Assembly: GCA_035650215.1 (NCBI GenBank) | Contig: DASRIC010000002.1 | Span: 18,515-82,514 of the forward strand | Origin: Thermoleophilaceae bacterium | GTDB taxonomy: Bacteria; Actinomycetota; Thermoleophilia; Solirubrobacterales; Thermoleophilaceae | DNA: 64,000 bases | Reading direction: 5' to 3' | Shown: one piece after another, positions 33,189 to 41,798 of the stretch | Layout of the letters: each line of letters opens with the position of its first letter | Numbering within the stretch: position 1 is the stretch's first letter | Position numbers and translations under genes: made by a program | The notes under the pieces: model-generated | What the model was told of the DNA's origin: nothing | The model's input: the letters and a program-made list of their open reading frames with translations, nothing else | Database searches by the model: none

Positions 33189-36019
33189 GCCGCCGCTGGT
33201 TCGTCTCCTCGGTCGGAATCGGCGCCGCGAACGAGGCGACCCTGCTCGAGGGTGCGCGCCCGCTGATCAAGCCCGGTGTGCGGGTGCGACGGACCATCGG
33301 CGACGAGCGGACCGGCCGCGACATCAAAGGACCGCCCCTCCAGCTGCTCGGCCCCGGCGACGCGCTCGGGTTCGATCGCGCGCTGGTGGTGCGCGAGGAG
33401 CCGCAGGCGGGCACGCTGAACGGCGTCGAGAGCAACCTCGCGTGCGTGGAGTTCAGCGACGCCGCGCTGCCGTGGCTGTTCTCGCGTCCCGGGCCGGACG
33501 GGAAGCGGCCTCCGTGGATCGTGCTGCTGGTGCTCCGCGACGACGAGGCCGAGCTGGCCGGCGGCGAGCCGCTTCCGGTGGTGCGGGCGCCGGGGACCGC
33601 GCTGCCGAGGCTGGCCGACTCGTGGGCCTGGGCCCATGTGGAGGCGCGCGTGCCGGACAGCGCGCCGAACCCCGAGGCGGACGTCGTCGCCGACGTGCGC
33701 AGCGGCCTGCAGACGGTGATCTCTCGGCTTGTCTGCCCACGGCGACTTAGCGAGAACAGCGGCTGGATCGCCTGCGTGGTGCCGGCCACGAAGGCCGGAG
33801 TGGCGGCGGGATTGGGGAGGAAGGTCGACACGGGGGACCCGTTCGGCCCGCCGTGGACCGCCGGGCAGGCGGAGCCCGTGCGGCTGCCCGTGTACCACGC
33901 ATGGCGCTTCCGCACCGGGGCGGCGGGATCGTTCGAGGAGCTTGCCCGCCTTGTCGAGCCGGTCAAGGCCGCCGAGCTCCCCGACTTCGGCGCGCGCACG
34001 GTCGACGTACGGCATCCGTGGCCACACGCCGACCTGCTCGAGGGGGCACCCTCGCCCGTCACGGTGTCCGTCCAGGGGGCGCTGCGCGTGCCGGCGATCC
34101 AGGTACCCGAGGAGAGCTGGAGCCACGCCGCGACCCAGCAGCGGTTCGTGGAGCTCGCGCGTGAACGCCTCGACGCTCCCGCCAAGCGCTTCGGCACCGT
34201 CAGCGCCGAGCCCGACCGCGACGACGAGGCGGTGGCGCCGCCCCTCTACGGCTCCCACTTCACCGGCTTGCAGAGGGTGCCCCAGAGCGGCTGGCCGGCG
34301 GCGCTCAACCTCCAGGTGCGCCACCGCATCGCGGCGGCCATCGGCACGCGCTACGTGCAGCTCGAGCAGGAGTTCCTGATGGCGCGGGCCTGGGAGCAGC
34401 TCGGGGCGATCAACGAGGCCAACCGCCTGCTGGCGGTCGGCGAGCTGTCGAGCGAGGCCGCCGGCCGGGCACAGGCCAAGCACGTCGAGCCGATGGACCC
34501 GACGCAGGTCACGCTGATGGCGCACCCGATCCAGGACCAGGTCGAGATCGAGGGCGTAGGCACCATGGCGCGCGCGCTGGCGGACTCGAAGGTGCCCGAG
34601 GGCGCGGCCTCCGCGCCGTTCCGGCGCCTCGCCCGCCCGGGCGGCGGGCTGGCCCGGCGTGTGGAGAGGATCCGCTCGGAGATGGTGAGCTCGATGGGCG
34701 CCGGGATGCCCGAGACCGTGCCCGTGGTCGCCGAGGGCCTCGCCGGTCGCCAGATCCTGCCCGAGGCGGTGGCGTGGGTCACCGCTCACCCCGACGAGAC
34801 CGAGGGGCTGATCGGCGTCGACCGCGCGTCGCTGCCGTCCTCGACCTCGCTGGTCGGGCTGCTCGAGGGCCAGCAGCCGCTGTTCAGGCAGCGGAGCGAG
34901 GCCGCGCTCGCCGAGATGTCGTCGCTCACCGAGGCGGCCACGAGCTCCATGGGCGCGACGGCGGTCACCGCCCCCGCGCCGTCGCCGCGGCTGCTGCGCA
35001 GCCTTCGCCGGCAGGTGAACGCGGAGGCCCTCGTGGAACTGCCGAGCGTCGCGGCGTCCGTGCAGCTCGAAGTCTCGACGCTCGCGGGCTCCGTGGTGAG
35101 CGACCTGCGGCCGCTCTCCCAGCAGCTCACGCGGATGACCGAGCTGATCGCCGCGCCGGATGTCGACGGCCGTGAGGAGTCGGACGAGCGGCCGCTGCGC
35201 CCGATCATGGAGCACCCGCGCTTCGGGATGCCGATCGCCGCCGAGCTCCTGACACGCTGGCCGGAGTGGGCGGTGCCCGGGATCTCCGGCTTCCCACCCA
35301 ACAGCGCGACGCTGCTCGAGACGAACTCGCCGTTCGTCGAGGCCGTGATGGTCGGGCTGAACCAGGAGTTCAACCGCGAGCTCCTGTGGCGCGAGTTCCC
35401 GACAGACCAGCGCGGTTCCGCGTTCACCCGCTTCTGGCCGTCCGAGCGGGACGATCCCGACGTCGACGAGATCGCGCGCTGGCGGCTCGACACCGCCCTG
35501 GGCGACCACGACGAGACCGGCGGCCAGGACCTGGTCGTGCTGCTCGTGCGCGCGGACGTGTTGCGGCGCTTCCCCGGGACGACGGTGCTGGCGGCCAAGT
35601 CCGTGAATGGCGTGGTGCCGGACGAGGGCAGCGGCGAGTGGAAGGTGCCGACGTTCGCGCTGGGGGTCGACGAGCAGACGGCGCTGTTCGCCTTCGACCT
35701 CACAGCTGCGGCCGCGCGCGCCGGCAAGTGGCTGTTCGTGCTGCGCGAGCCGATGCGCGGCACCCAGTTCGGGTTCGACACCCGCACGAACGTGCCGTTC
35801 AAGTCCTGGGCGGACCTGCGCTGGGACGACGTTCCCGTGGCGCGCGGGTTCGTGGTGCCGCGCGTGTTGAACGGGCAGCCCCCGACGCCGCCCGAGCGGC
35901 CCGCGGTCGATCCGCCGGAGTGGGGGCGCGACGCCGCCGACGTGGCGCGAATCGCATTTCAGCGCCCGTTCCAGCTCGCCATCTCGGCGCGGCGCCTGCT
36001 CGGGGAGCCGCCGCCATGA
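33185..36019 (+). CDS. Large hypothetical protein B (944 aa)
   Basis: ATGA overlap with A. Motif islands are ...ALPWLFSRPGPDGKRPPWIVLLVLRDDE..., ...LPVYHAWRFRTG... and ...LLETNSPFVEAVMVGLNQEFNRELLWREFPTDQRGSAFTRFWP.... No recognisable catalytic motif. Confidence 0.8.
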   Translation: MSRRWFVSSVGIGAANEATLLEGARPLIKPGVRVRRTIGDERTGRDIKGPPLQLLGPGDALGFDRALVVREEPQAGTLNGVESNLACVEFSDAALPWLFSRPGPDGKRPPWIVLLVLRDDEAELAGGEPLPVVRAPGTALPRLADSWAWAHVEARVPDSAPNPEADVVADVRSGLQTVISRLVCPRRLSENSGWIACVVPATKAGVAAGLGRKVDTGDPFGPPWTAGQAEPVRLPVYHAWRFRTGAAGSFEELARLVEPVKAAELPDFGARTVDVRHPWPHADLLEGAPSPVTVSVQGALRVPAIQVPEESWSHAATQQRFVELARERLDAPAKRFGTVSAEPDRDDEAVAPPLYGSHFTGLQRVPQSGWPAALNLQVRHRIAAAIGTRYVQLEQEFLMARAWEQLGAINEANRLLAVGELSSEAAGRAQAKHVEPMDPTQVTLMAHPIQDQVEIEGVGTMARALADSKVPEGAASAPFRRLARPGGGLARRVERIRSEMVSSMGAGMPETVPVVAEGLAGRQILPEAVAWVTAHPDETEGLIGVDRASLPSSTSLVGLLEGQQPLFRQRSEAALAEMSSLTEAATSSMGATAVTAPAPSPRLLRSLRRQVNAEALVELPSVAASVQLEVSTLAGSVVSDLRPLSQQLTRMTELIAAPDVDGREESDERPLRPIMEHPRFGMPIAAELLTRWPEWAVPGISGFPPNSATLLETNSPFVEAVMVGLNQEFNRELLWREFPTDQRGSAFTRFWPSERDDPDVDEIARWRLDTALGDHDETGGQDLVVLLVRADVLRRFPGTTVLAAKSVNGVVPDEGSGEWKVPTFALGVDEQTALFAFDLTAAAARAGKWLFVLREPMRGTQFGFDTRTNVPFKSWADLRWDDVPVARGFVVPRVLNGQPPTPPERPAVDPPEWGRDAADVARIAFQRPFQLAISARRLLGEPPP

Positions 36020-39000
36020 GCGACGTCTTCGCCCAGCGCGGGGTCGTGGACGCGCTGCGGCTCGAGCACGAGACCGCGCTCGCCTCGGCCGACGACCAGG
36101 AGGTGGCCCTGCCCCTGCTCGAGCTGAGCATCAATAACGGCACCTTCGAGGGCCACCACCCCTTCACGAACCAGGAGTGGCTCGAGATCAACCGGGAGAA
36201 CCAGCGCCAGCGGCGCGAGGCGGTGGCCGAGAAGAAGGCCAGGCTCGAGGACGCCGAGCGGGCCCTCGAGGCGACGCTCGGCGAGGGCAAGCCGCTGTTC
36301 CGCCAGCGCAACGCCGAGCCGATCGCGCTGCTGCCCGTCCGCCTCGAGACGCGCTTCGCCGACGCCTCCACGATCCAGGTGCGGGTCTATCCCGACGACC
36401 TGCACATCGACTCCTTCGACCCGCGTCTCACCCGCGCCGAGCTCGAGGCCGGTCGCCGCTACTGGCGCAAGCCGAGCGAAGCGGCCTGGCAGCGGCTGCT
36501 GGGCCGGCTCAGTCCGGCGCGGGCGGCGTGGGTCACGCGCGCTACGCGCCGGGGAGCCCCCGCGCCGCGGCTGCGCAGGCCGGGTCAGCGGCGCTCGCCG
36601 GCGATCTCCACGCTCCCCACGAGGTGGCGCTTCCTCGGCCTGGTCGGCGGCAGCATCGTCGTGGACAAGCGCGGGGAGCCGATCCCGTCCCCGCTGCCGC
36701 TCGGCGTGCTGGAGGTCGACGAGGCCGACCGCAAGCATGCCGCCTGGGTTGTGCACTTCAAGGCCGCCGAACGCGCGGGGATGGCCACCACGCTGACGCT
36801 GCCGGACGGCGTGGCCCACCTCGATGAGCTGTTCGTGATCGGCGTCCAGCGCAGCACGCCGGCGGCCGCGTCCAAGGCGCTGCGTGACACCCTGATGGGA
36901 CACGCGTTCGGCGCCGGGCTCGGCTTCCTCGCGCCGGGCACCCCGACGAACAACACGCCCCAGAGCCGCTCCGGATGGTCGTCGCGGCCGCTGCCGCGAC
37001 CGCCGGGCCCGAGGCGGCCGAAGCTCGAGCGGGGGACCGACGCCGCCAGGCTGGCCGGCGCACTCGGGCTCCCCGATGCCGCCTTCCTGGCCGAGTGCCC
37101 GGGCGCAGGCGGCAAGGCCGAGCAGGCGCTCGCCGGCCTGACGATGCTGACCTGGGGCGCGCTTGGGCACGGCATGATGGACGCGTCGATCGAGAACGAC
37201 CTGGTGAGCGGGCAGGGCGGGCTCGCCGACGCGGAGAAGTGGCGGCCGGTGCGCGACCACCTGATCGACTACGTGCGCAGCCGCGGGCCGCTGCCGACGA
37301 TCAGGGTGGGCAACCAGCCCTACGGGGTGCTGCCTGCCACCACGCTCGACGAGTGGGAAGCCAAGCTCATCATGGGCCCGACCACGGTCTTCGTCCCATG
37401 GCTGCTGCGCCTGCGCCACCACTGGCGCGCAGCGCTGGCGCCAGGCTGGATTCCGCGCGTGACCGACGGCGAGCCGGCGGATCGCACCGCGGTCGCCGTG
37501 CTCTCGCGGCTGCCGGTGCCGGTCGACCTGGCGGTCAGGCGCATGCTCCTGCCGAACGGCACGCGCGACAAGCTGAGGTCGAGGGCGTCGGGCCCCGCGC
37601 TGTCGATCGGCGGCGTGGGCCCGGGGTCGAACCTGCGCTGGTCGATGGCCACCGAGCTGACCAGCAACCTGTCGTTCACGGGGAACGAGACCCCGCCGGA
37701 CTACGCGCTCGGGATGCAGCGGCTCGACCCCGAGCCGGGGGGTCTCACCGAGGTGCTGACCGCCAGCCGCGAGCTCTGGACCGACGCGCTGGCGGTGGTG
37801 CGCGGCAAGCTCGAGCTGCGCGAGTACAGGCGCCGCCGGCGCCGCCGGCCGGACACGCTGGCCTCGATAAGCGGCAACCGCGAGTTCCCCGGGCTGGTGG
37901 CGGCGATGCTCCACCCCGACAATTGGTTCGCCTGGAATGTCGACGACGGCGCCGACGACCCACTGCGTGAGGCACTCAGCCTGCCCGGCGCGGTCGACGA
38001 CCTGGCGTCCCTGCTCCTTGGCCCCGCGCCCAGCGGCGACGACGAGCTGATCGCGCAAGCGCGAACGACCGCGCGCAAGTGCGCCAGGAGGGCGCCCGAG
38101 GTGATCGAGGCGATCGCCGCTCTGGAGGCCACGCCGCCCGATCGTCTGCTCCCGCTCGCGTTCGAGGTGCTGGACGTGTACTCCCACCGCCTCGACGCCT
38201 GGATCACCTCGCTCGCCACGCGGCGCCTGCTCGCGATGCGCGACACCGGCGAGTCGACCGCCAGCCGGATCGGCGGCTACGGCTGGGTGGAGAACCTCCG
38301 CCCGAAGGAGAACCTGCCCCAGATCGACGGCTACATCCACGCGCCGTCCCTCCACCACGCGGCCACGGCGGCCGTGCTGCGCTCCGGCTTCCGCTCCCAC
38401 GACGGCGACGAGACCCTTGCGGTGAACCTCACCTCGCGCCGAGCCCGGATCGCGCGCTGGCTGCTCGGCGGCGTGCGGCGCGGCCAGGAGCTGGGCTCGC
38501 TGCTCGGGTACCGCTTCGAGCGCGCGCTGCACGAGGCCGGGCAGGACGAGCTGATCGACGACTTCCGCCGGGCCTATCCCGCCCAGGTCGCCCCCGAGCC
38601 GGAGGCCGGGGCCGACCCGGAGGAGTGGCGGCGAAGCAGCGTGGCGATCGCCGCACGCAACATCGTGGACGGGATCGCGCTGGCGCGGGACCACGTGCGG
38701 GCTGCGAGCGTCTTCCCCGCAGCCGCTCCCCAGATCGCCGACGCGGTGGATGCCCTCGATGCCGTGAGCGACCTGCTGCTCGCCGAGAGCGTGCACCAGC
38801 TGGTGGGCGGGAACGCGATGCGGGCCGGGCTGTCCGCCGACAACCTCGGCCGCGGTGAGCAAGTGCCCGACCGCTTCGACGTGCTGCGCACGCCACACCG
38901 CGGCCGTGCCGTCACCCACCGAATCGCCGCGATCCTGCCGCGGGCCGCGTCGGCGGGGGAGGGTTGGAGCCCGGACGCGCTGTCGGCCCTCGACCCGCGC

Positions 39001-40194
39001 GTCGACGCGTGGGTGGCCGACGCGCTCGGTCCCGCGCAGTCCCGCCGTGTGACCGGGACGCTGACTCGCGAAGGCGGCGTCGGGGAGCCCTTCGCCTTCG
39101 GCGCGGACCAGCTCGGCTTCGGCGCGCTCACCACGGCGCTGGAGGTCTCGGGGGCCGACCACGCCCGGCTCGACGCCCGCGTGCTCGAGCTCGCGGGGGC
39201 GGCGGGCGCGACCCTCCGCTACGAGGGCCAGGGCTGGCAGGAGCTGCGCGGCGTGGCCACGCGCGTCGCCTCGCTACTCGCCTCCGCCCAGCCGCTGCTG
39301 CCCGGACACGTCGCCGCGGGCGACGCGGCCGAGAAGGTCGAGGCGGACCTGGCCGAGCTCCAGGCGCGGCTCGCGGAGTTCGCCGCGACCCTGGCCGGCC
39401 GCAGCGACCCCGCGACTCCCGCCGGCCGGCTGCGCAAGCTCGCCAGGCAGGCCCCCGACGGCGGCTGGCTGGCCACCGTCTCCACGGCGCTCGCGGACGT
39501 GCTCGGCGCGCCGGTCCCGGTCACGCCGCTTCTGAGGGGCGGCGAGCTGGGCCCGGCGCCGGAGGGAGCCACCGGCGCGGAGCTCGCGGACTGGGCGCGC
39601 CGCCTGGGAGCGGTCCGCCCGGCCGTAAGGACCTGGCACGAGCTGCTGCTGCTGACCGGAGCCGGATCCGGCGCGCCGTGCCCCCTCAGCGCGTCGCAGT
39701 CCCCGCGCGGGGATGCGTCGGAGCGCTGGATCGGCGGGCCGTTCAAGGCGACGGCGCGGCCGGCGGCGCGCCAGCAGGTCGTGTTCCACCAGCCGGCGAA
39801 GCTCACCGCCGGCCGGCCGCTGGCGGGGATCGTCTTCGACGAGTGGGTCGAGCTGCTGCCGGGCTCCGACGCGCTCGCGCAGACCAAGCTCGAGGGCCCC
39901 GATCCGCTTCCCGCCGAGTCCGAGCTGACCGGCGTGTCGTTCCACTTCGACCGGCCCGACGCCAAAGCCCCTCAGGCGATCCTGCTGGCGGTGCCGCCGA
40001 CCCGCGCCCGCGGCTGGACCGAGGACGTGCTCGCGCTCGTGGTTCGCGATACGCTCGAGCTGGCGAAGCTGCGCGCGGTGGACGTCGGCGCGCTGCCGCT
40101 CGTCGACGACGTGGCTCCGGGGATCCGCCTGAACAAGCTTTCGCCGCTCGGCAGCCTGGCGTTCGACTTCTGGGTGGAGCTGGCGGACGAGTAG
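36016..40194 (+). CDS. Large hypothetical protein C (1392 aa)
   Basis: ATGA overlap with B. The N-terminus has a charged helical segment NQEWLEINRENQRQRREAVAEKKARLEDAERALE. Later islands are LLPVRLETRFAD, VRVYPDDLHIDSFDPRLT, IRVGNQPYGVLPATTLDEW, GYIHAPSLHHAATAAVLRSGF and LGSLLGYRFERALHE. Confidence 0.8.
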   Translation: MSDVFAQRGVVDALRLEHETALASADDQEVALPLLELSINNGTFEGHHPFTNQEWLEINRENQRQRREAVAEKKARLEDAERALEATLGEGKPLFRQRNAEPIALLPVRLETRFADASTIQVRVYPDDLHIDSFDPRLTRAELEAGRRYWRKPSEAAWQRLLGRLSPARAAWVTRATRRGAPAPRLRRPGQRRSPAISTLPTRWRFLGLVGGSIVVDKRGEPIPSPLPLGVLEVDEADRKHAAWVVHFKAAERAGMATTLTLPDGVAHLDELFVIGVQRSTPAAASKALRDTLMGHAFGAGLGFLAPGTPTNNTPQSRSGWSSRPLPRPPGPRRPKLERGTDAARLAGALGLPDAAFLAECPGAGGKAEQALAGLTMLTWGALGHGMMDASIENDLVSGQGGLADAEKWRPVRDHLIDYVRSRGPLPTIRVGNQPYGVLPATTLDEWEAKLIMGPTTVFVPWLLRLRHHWRAALAPGWIPRVTDGEPADRTAVAVLSRLPVPVDLAVRRMLLPNGTRDKLRSRASGPALSIGGVGPGSNLRWSMATELTSNLSFTGNETPPDYALGMQRLDPEPGGLTEVLTASRELWTDALAVVRGKLELREYRRRRRRRPDTLASISGNREFPGLVAAMLHPDNWFAWNVDDGADDPLREALSLPGAVDDLASLLLGPAPSGDDELIAQARTTARKCARRAPEVIEAIAALEATPPDRLLPLAFEVLDVYSHRLDAWITSLATRRLLAMRDTGESTASRIGGYGWVENLRPKENLPQIDGYIHAPSLHHAATAAVLRSGFRSHDGDETLAVNLTSRRARIARWLLGGVRRGQELGSLLGYRFERALHEAGQDELIDDFRRAYPAQVAPEPEAGADPEEWRRSSVAIAARNIVDGIALARDHVRAASVFPAAAPQIADAVDALDAVSDLLLAESVHQLVGGNAMRAGLSADNLGRGEQVPDRFDVLRTPHRGRAVTHRIAAILPRAASAGEGWSPDALSALDPRVDAWVADALGPAQSRRVTGTLTREGGVGEPFAFGADQLGFGALTTALEVSGADHARLDARVLELAGAAGATLRYEGQGWQELRGVATRVASLLASAQPLLPGHVAAGDAAEKVEADLAELQARLAEFAATLAGRSDPATPAGRLRKLARQAPDGGWLATVSTALADVLGAPVPVTPLLRGGELGPAPEGATGAELADWARRLGAVRPAVRTWHELLLLTGAGSGAPCPLSASQSPRGDASERWIGGPFKATARPAARQQVVFHQPAKLTAGRPLAGIVFDEWVELLPGSDALAQTKLEGPDPLPAESELTGVSFHFDRPDAKAPQAILLAVPPTRARGWTEDVLALVVRDTLELAKLRAVDVGALPLVDDVAPGIRLNKLSPLGSLAFDFWVELADE

Positions 40195-41796
40195 ATGCGC
40201 GACATGGTCGACATCCTCGGTCAGCCCCGCTTCCGGGACGACTTCTTCCGGCTTGAGCCGCTCCATCGCAGCCCGGAGGTCGCCGCGGGCCTCACAGCAC
40301 GTGTCCACGATCCCGCCTGGGCGCTGACGCGCCAATGGCAGCTGGGCGAGTTCGCCGGGCAGGACGCGGGCTCGCCGGTGCTCGTGGAGCTCGCAGGACA
40401 CAGCACCCTGATCACCCACTGGCGGGCCTCGCTGGACGACTCGCAGCCGTGGATCTCCTATCACCCGCGCGAGGGCCCCCTCGACCGGCTGATCGAGGCC
40501 GAGGAGGTCCGGGACGCCGACGAGCGCACCAGCGTCGAGGGCGGCGCCCACTTCGTCCGGCTGCTCGACGAGGCGGGCCAGAGCGCCAAGCTGCCGGCGG
40601 TGCTCGAGGCGTTCGGCTTCGACCCGCTCGAGGGCGACGCCGACACCGACATCGTCGCGCTGCTGGCCGCGAGGGTCCCCGACGCCCGCAAGCTCGCCGG
40701 AGCGATTGACGCGGGGCCGCTGCCCGTGGCCGGCATCGCCGAGGTGGCAAAGCGCTGGCGCTCGTGGTGGGCGGGGCTGTTCCCGGACCCGGGTCCCGAC
40801 ACGTTCGACGAGCACCGCTTCGAGCACCACGCCGGCTTCTCGGTCGCGGGTCAGGTGCTGCGCGCCGACGAGTACCTGGGCGACGGCCTCGACTGGTTCA
40901 CGGTGGACGTCGACCCGGCCGCAGCCGCCCAACCCGCGGCCGAGCCGTTTCGCTTCGCCCGCGAGGCGCTCGCCTCACCCGTGCGCTTCGGCGGCCTGCC
41001 GGCGGACCGCTTCTGGGAGATGGAGGATGCGCAGATCGACCTCGGCTCCGCCGACGTGAGCACGCTCGACACCGGCCGGCTCCTGCTGATCGCGTTCGCC
41101 GAGGTGTACGGCAACGACTGGTTCCTGCTGCCGCTGGAGGTCCCCGCCGGATCGCTGACGGTGCTCGAGCAGGTGCGGGTCACGGACACGTTCGGCCAGG
41201 AGCACGTGATCGAGCGCGCCGGCCGCGACAACCCGGCCTGGAACATGTTCACGCTGCACGGCAGCGACGACGGGCTGCTCGTGATGCCGTCGGAGCGGGG
41301 CGTGACGGGCGGGGTGCTGGAGAGCATCGCGCTCGCGCGCGACGAGCTGGCCAACCTGGCCTGGGCGATCGAGGTCGAGTACAGCGACGAGCGGGGGCGG
41401 AGGGTCGACCGCCGCGACCGCTGGCTCGAGATCGCGCCCGAGCCCGAGCCTCCGGGGGAGCTCCCCAGGTACGCCGTGCAGACGATCGTCCCCGACTACT
41501 GGCTGCCGCTCGTACCGCACATGGTGAGCGCGGGCTCGATCCGCTTCGCGCTGGTGGAGCTGGAGCAGCCCGGGATCGGGTCCGGGCCGCGCGGGCGCCT
41601 GCTGGTGCCCGGCACCTGGCTGCACGAGGAGGAGGTCCCGCGCGAGGGGGCCTCGGTCACGCGGCGCCCGGTGCTGGCGCGCTGGTTCGACGGCTCGTCG
41701 CACGCCTGGACGCGGCGCGAGAAGAACCCGGGCGGGGGCGAGAGCTCGAGCGGCCTCGCGTTCGACATCGTCCGGCCGTCGGAGCCTTGGCCGTAG
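40195..41796 (+). CDS. Large hypothetical protein D (533 aa)
   Basis: The ATG directly abuts the TAG of C. Islands are HDPAWALTRQWQLGEFAGQDAGSPV, PADRFWEMEDAQIDLG and LLLIAFAEVYGNDWFLLPLEVPAGSL. Confidence 0.8.
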   Translation: MRDMVDILGQPRFRDDFFRLEPLHRSPEVAAGLTARVHDPAWALTRQWQLGEFAGQDAGSPVLVELAGHSTLITHWRASLDDSQPWISYHPREGPLDRLIEAEEVRDADERTSVEGGAHFVRLLDEAGQSAKLPAVLEAFGFDPLEGDADTDIVALLAARVPDARKLAGAIDAGPLPVAGIAEVAKRWRSWWAGLFPDPGPDTFDEHRFEHHAGFSVAGQVLRADEYLGDGLDWFTVDVDPAAAAQPAAEPFRFAREALASPVRFGGLPADRFWEMEDAQIDLGSADVSTLDTGRLLLIAFAEVYGNDWFLLPLEVPAGSLTVLEQVRVTDTFGQEHVIERAGRDNPAWNMFTLHGSDDGLLVMPSERGVTGGVLESIALARDELANLAWAIEVEYSDERGRRVDRRDRWLEIAPEPEPPGELPRYAVQTIVPDYWLPLVPHMVSAGSIRFALVELEQPGIGSGPRGRLLVPGTWLHEEEVPREGASVTRRPVLARWFDGSSHAWTRREKNPGGGESSSGLAFDIVRPSEPWP

Positions 41797-41798
41797 CG

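Noticed and set aside
32999-39162. Two very long minus-strand ORFs (836 aa at 32999..35509 and 1067 aa at 35959..39162), plus several 200-550-aa ORFs opposite the large-protein operon
   Set aside because: Their composition is strongly biased (Arg, Gly, Pro, Ala, His, with few Phe, Ile, Lys, Asn or Tyr). The plus-strand frames have normal composition and ATGA/GTGA start-stop coupling. I therefore treat the minus-strand ORFs as GC-driven artefacts rather than an antisense gene set.
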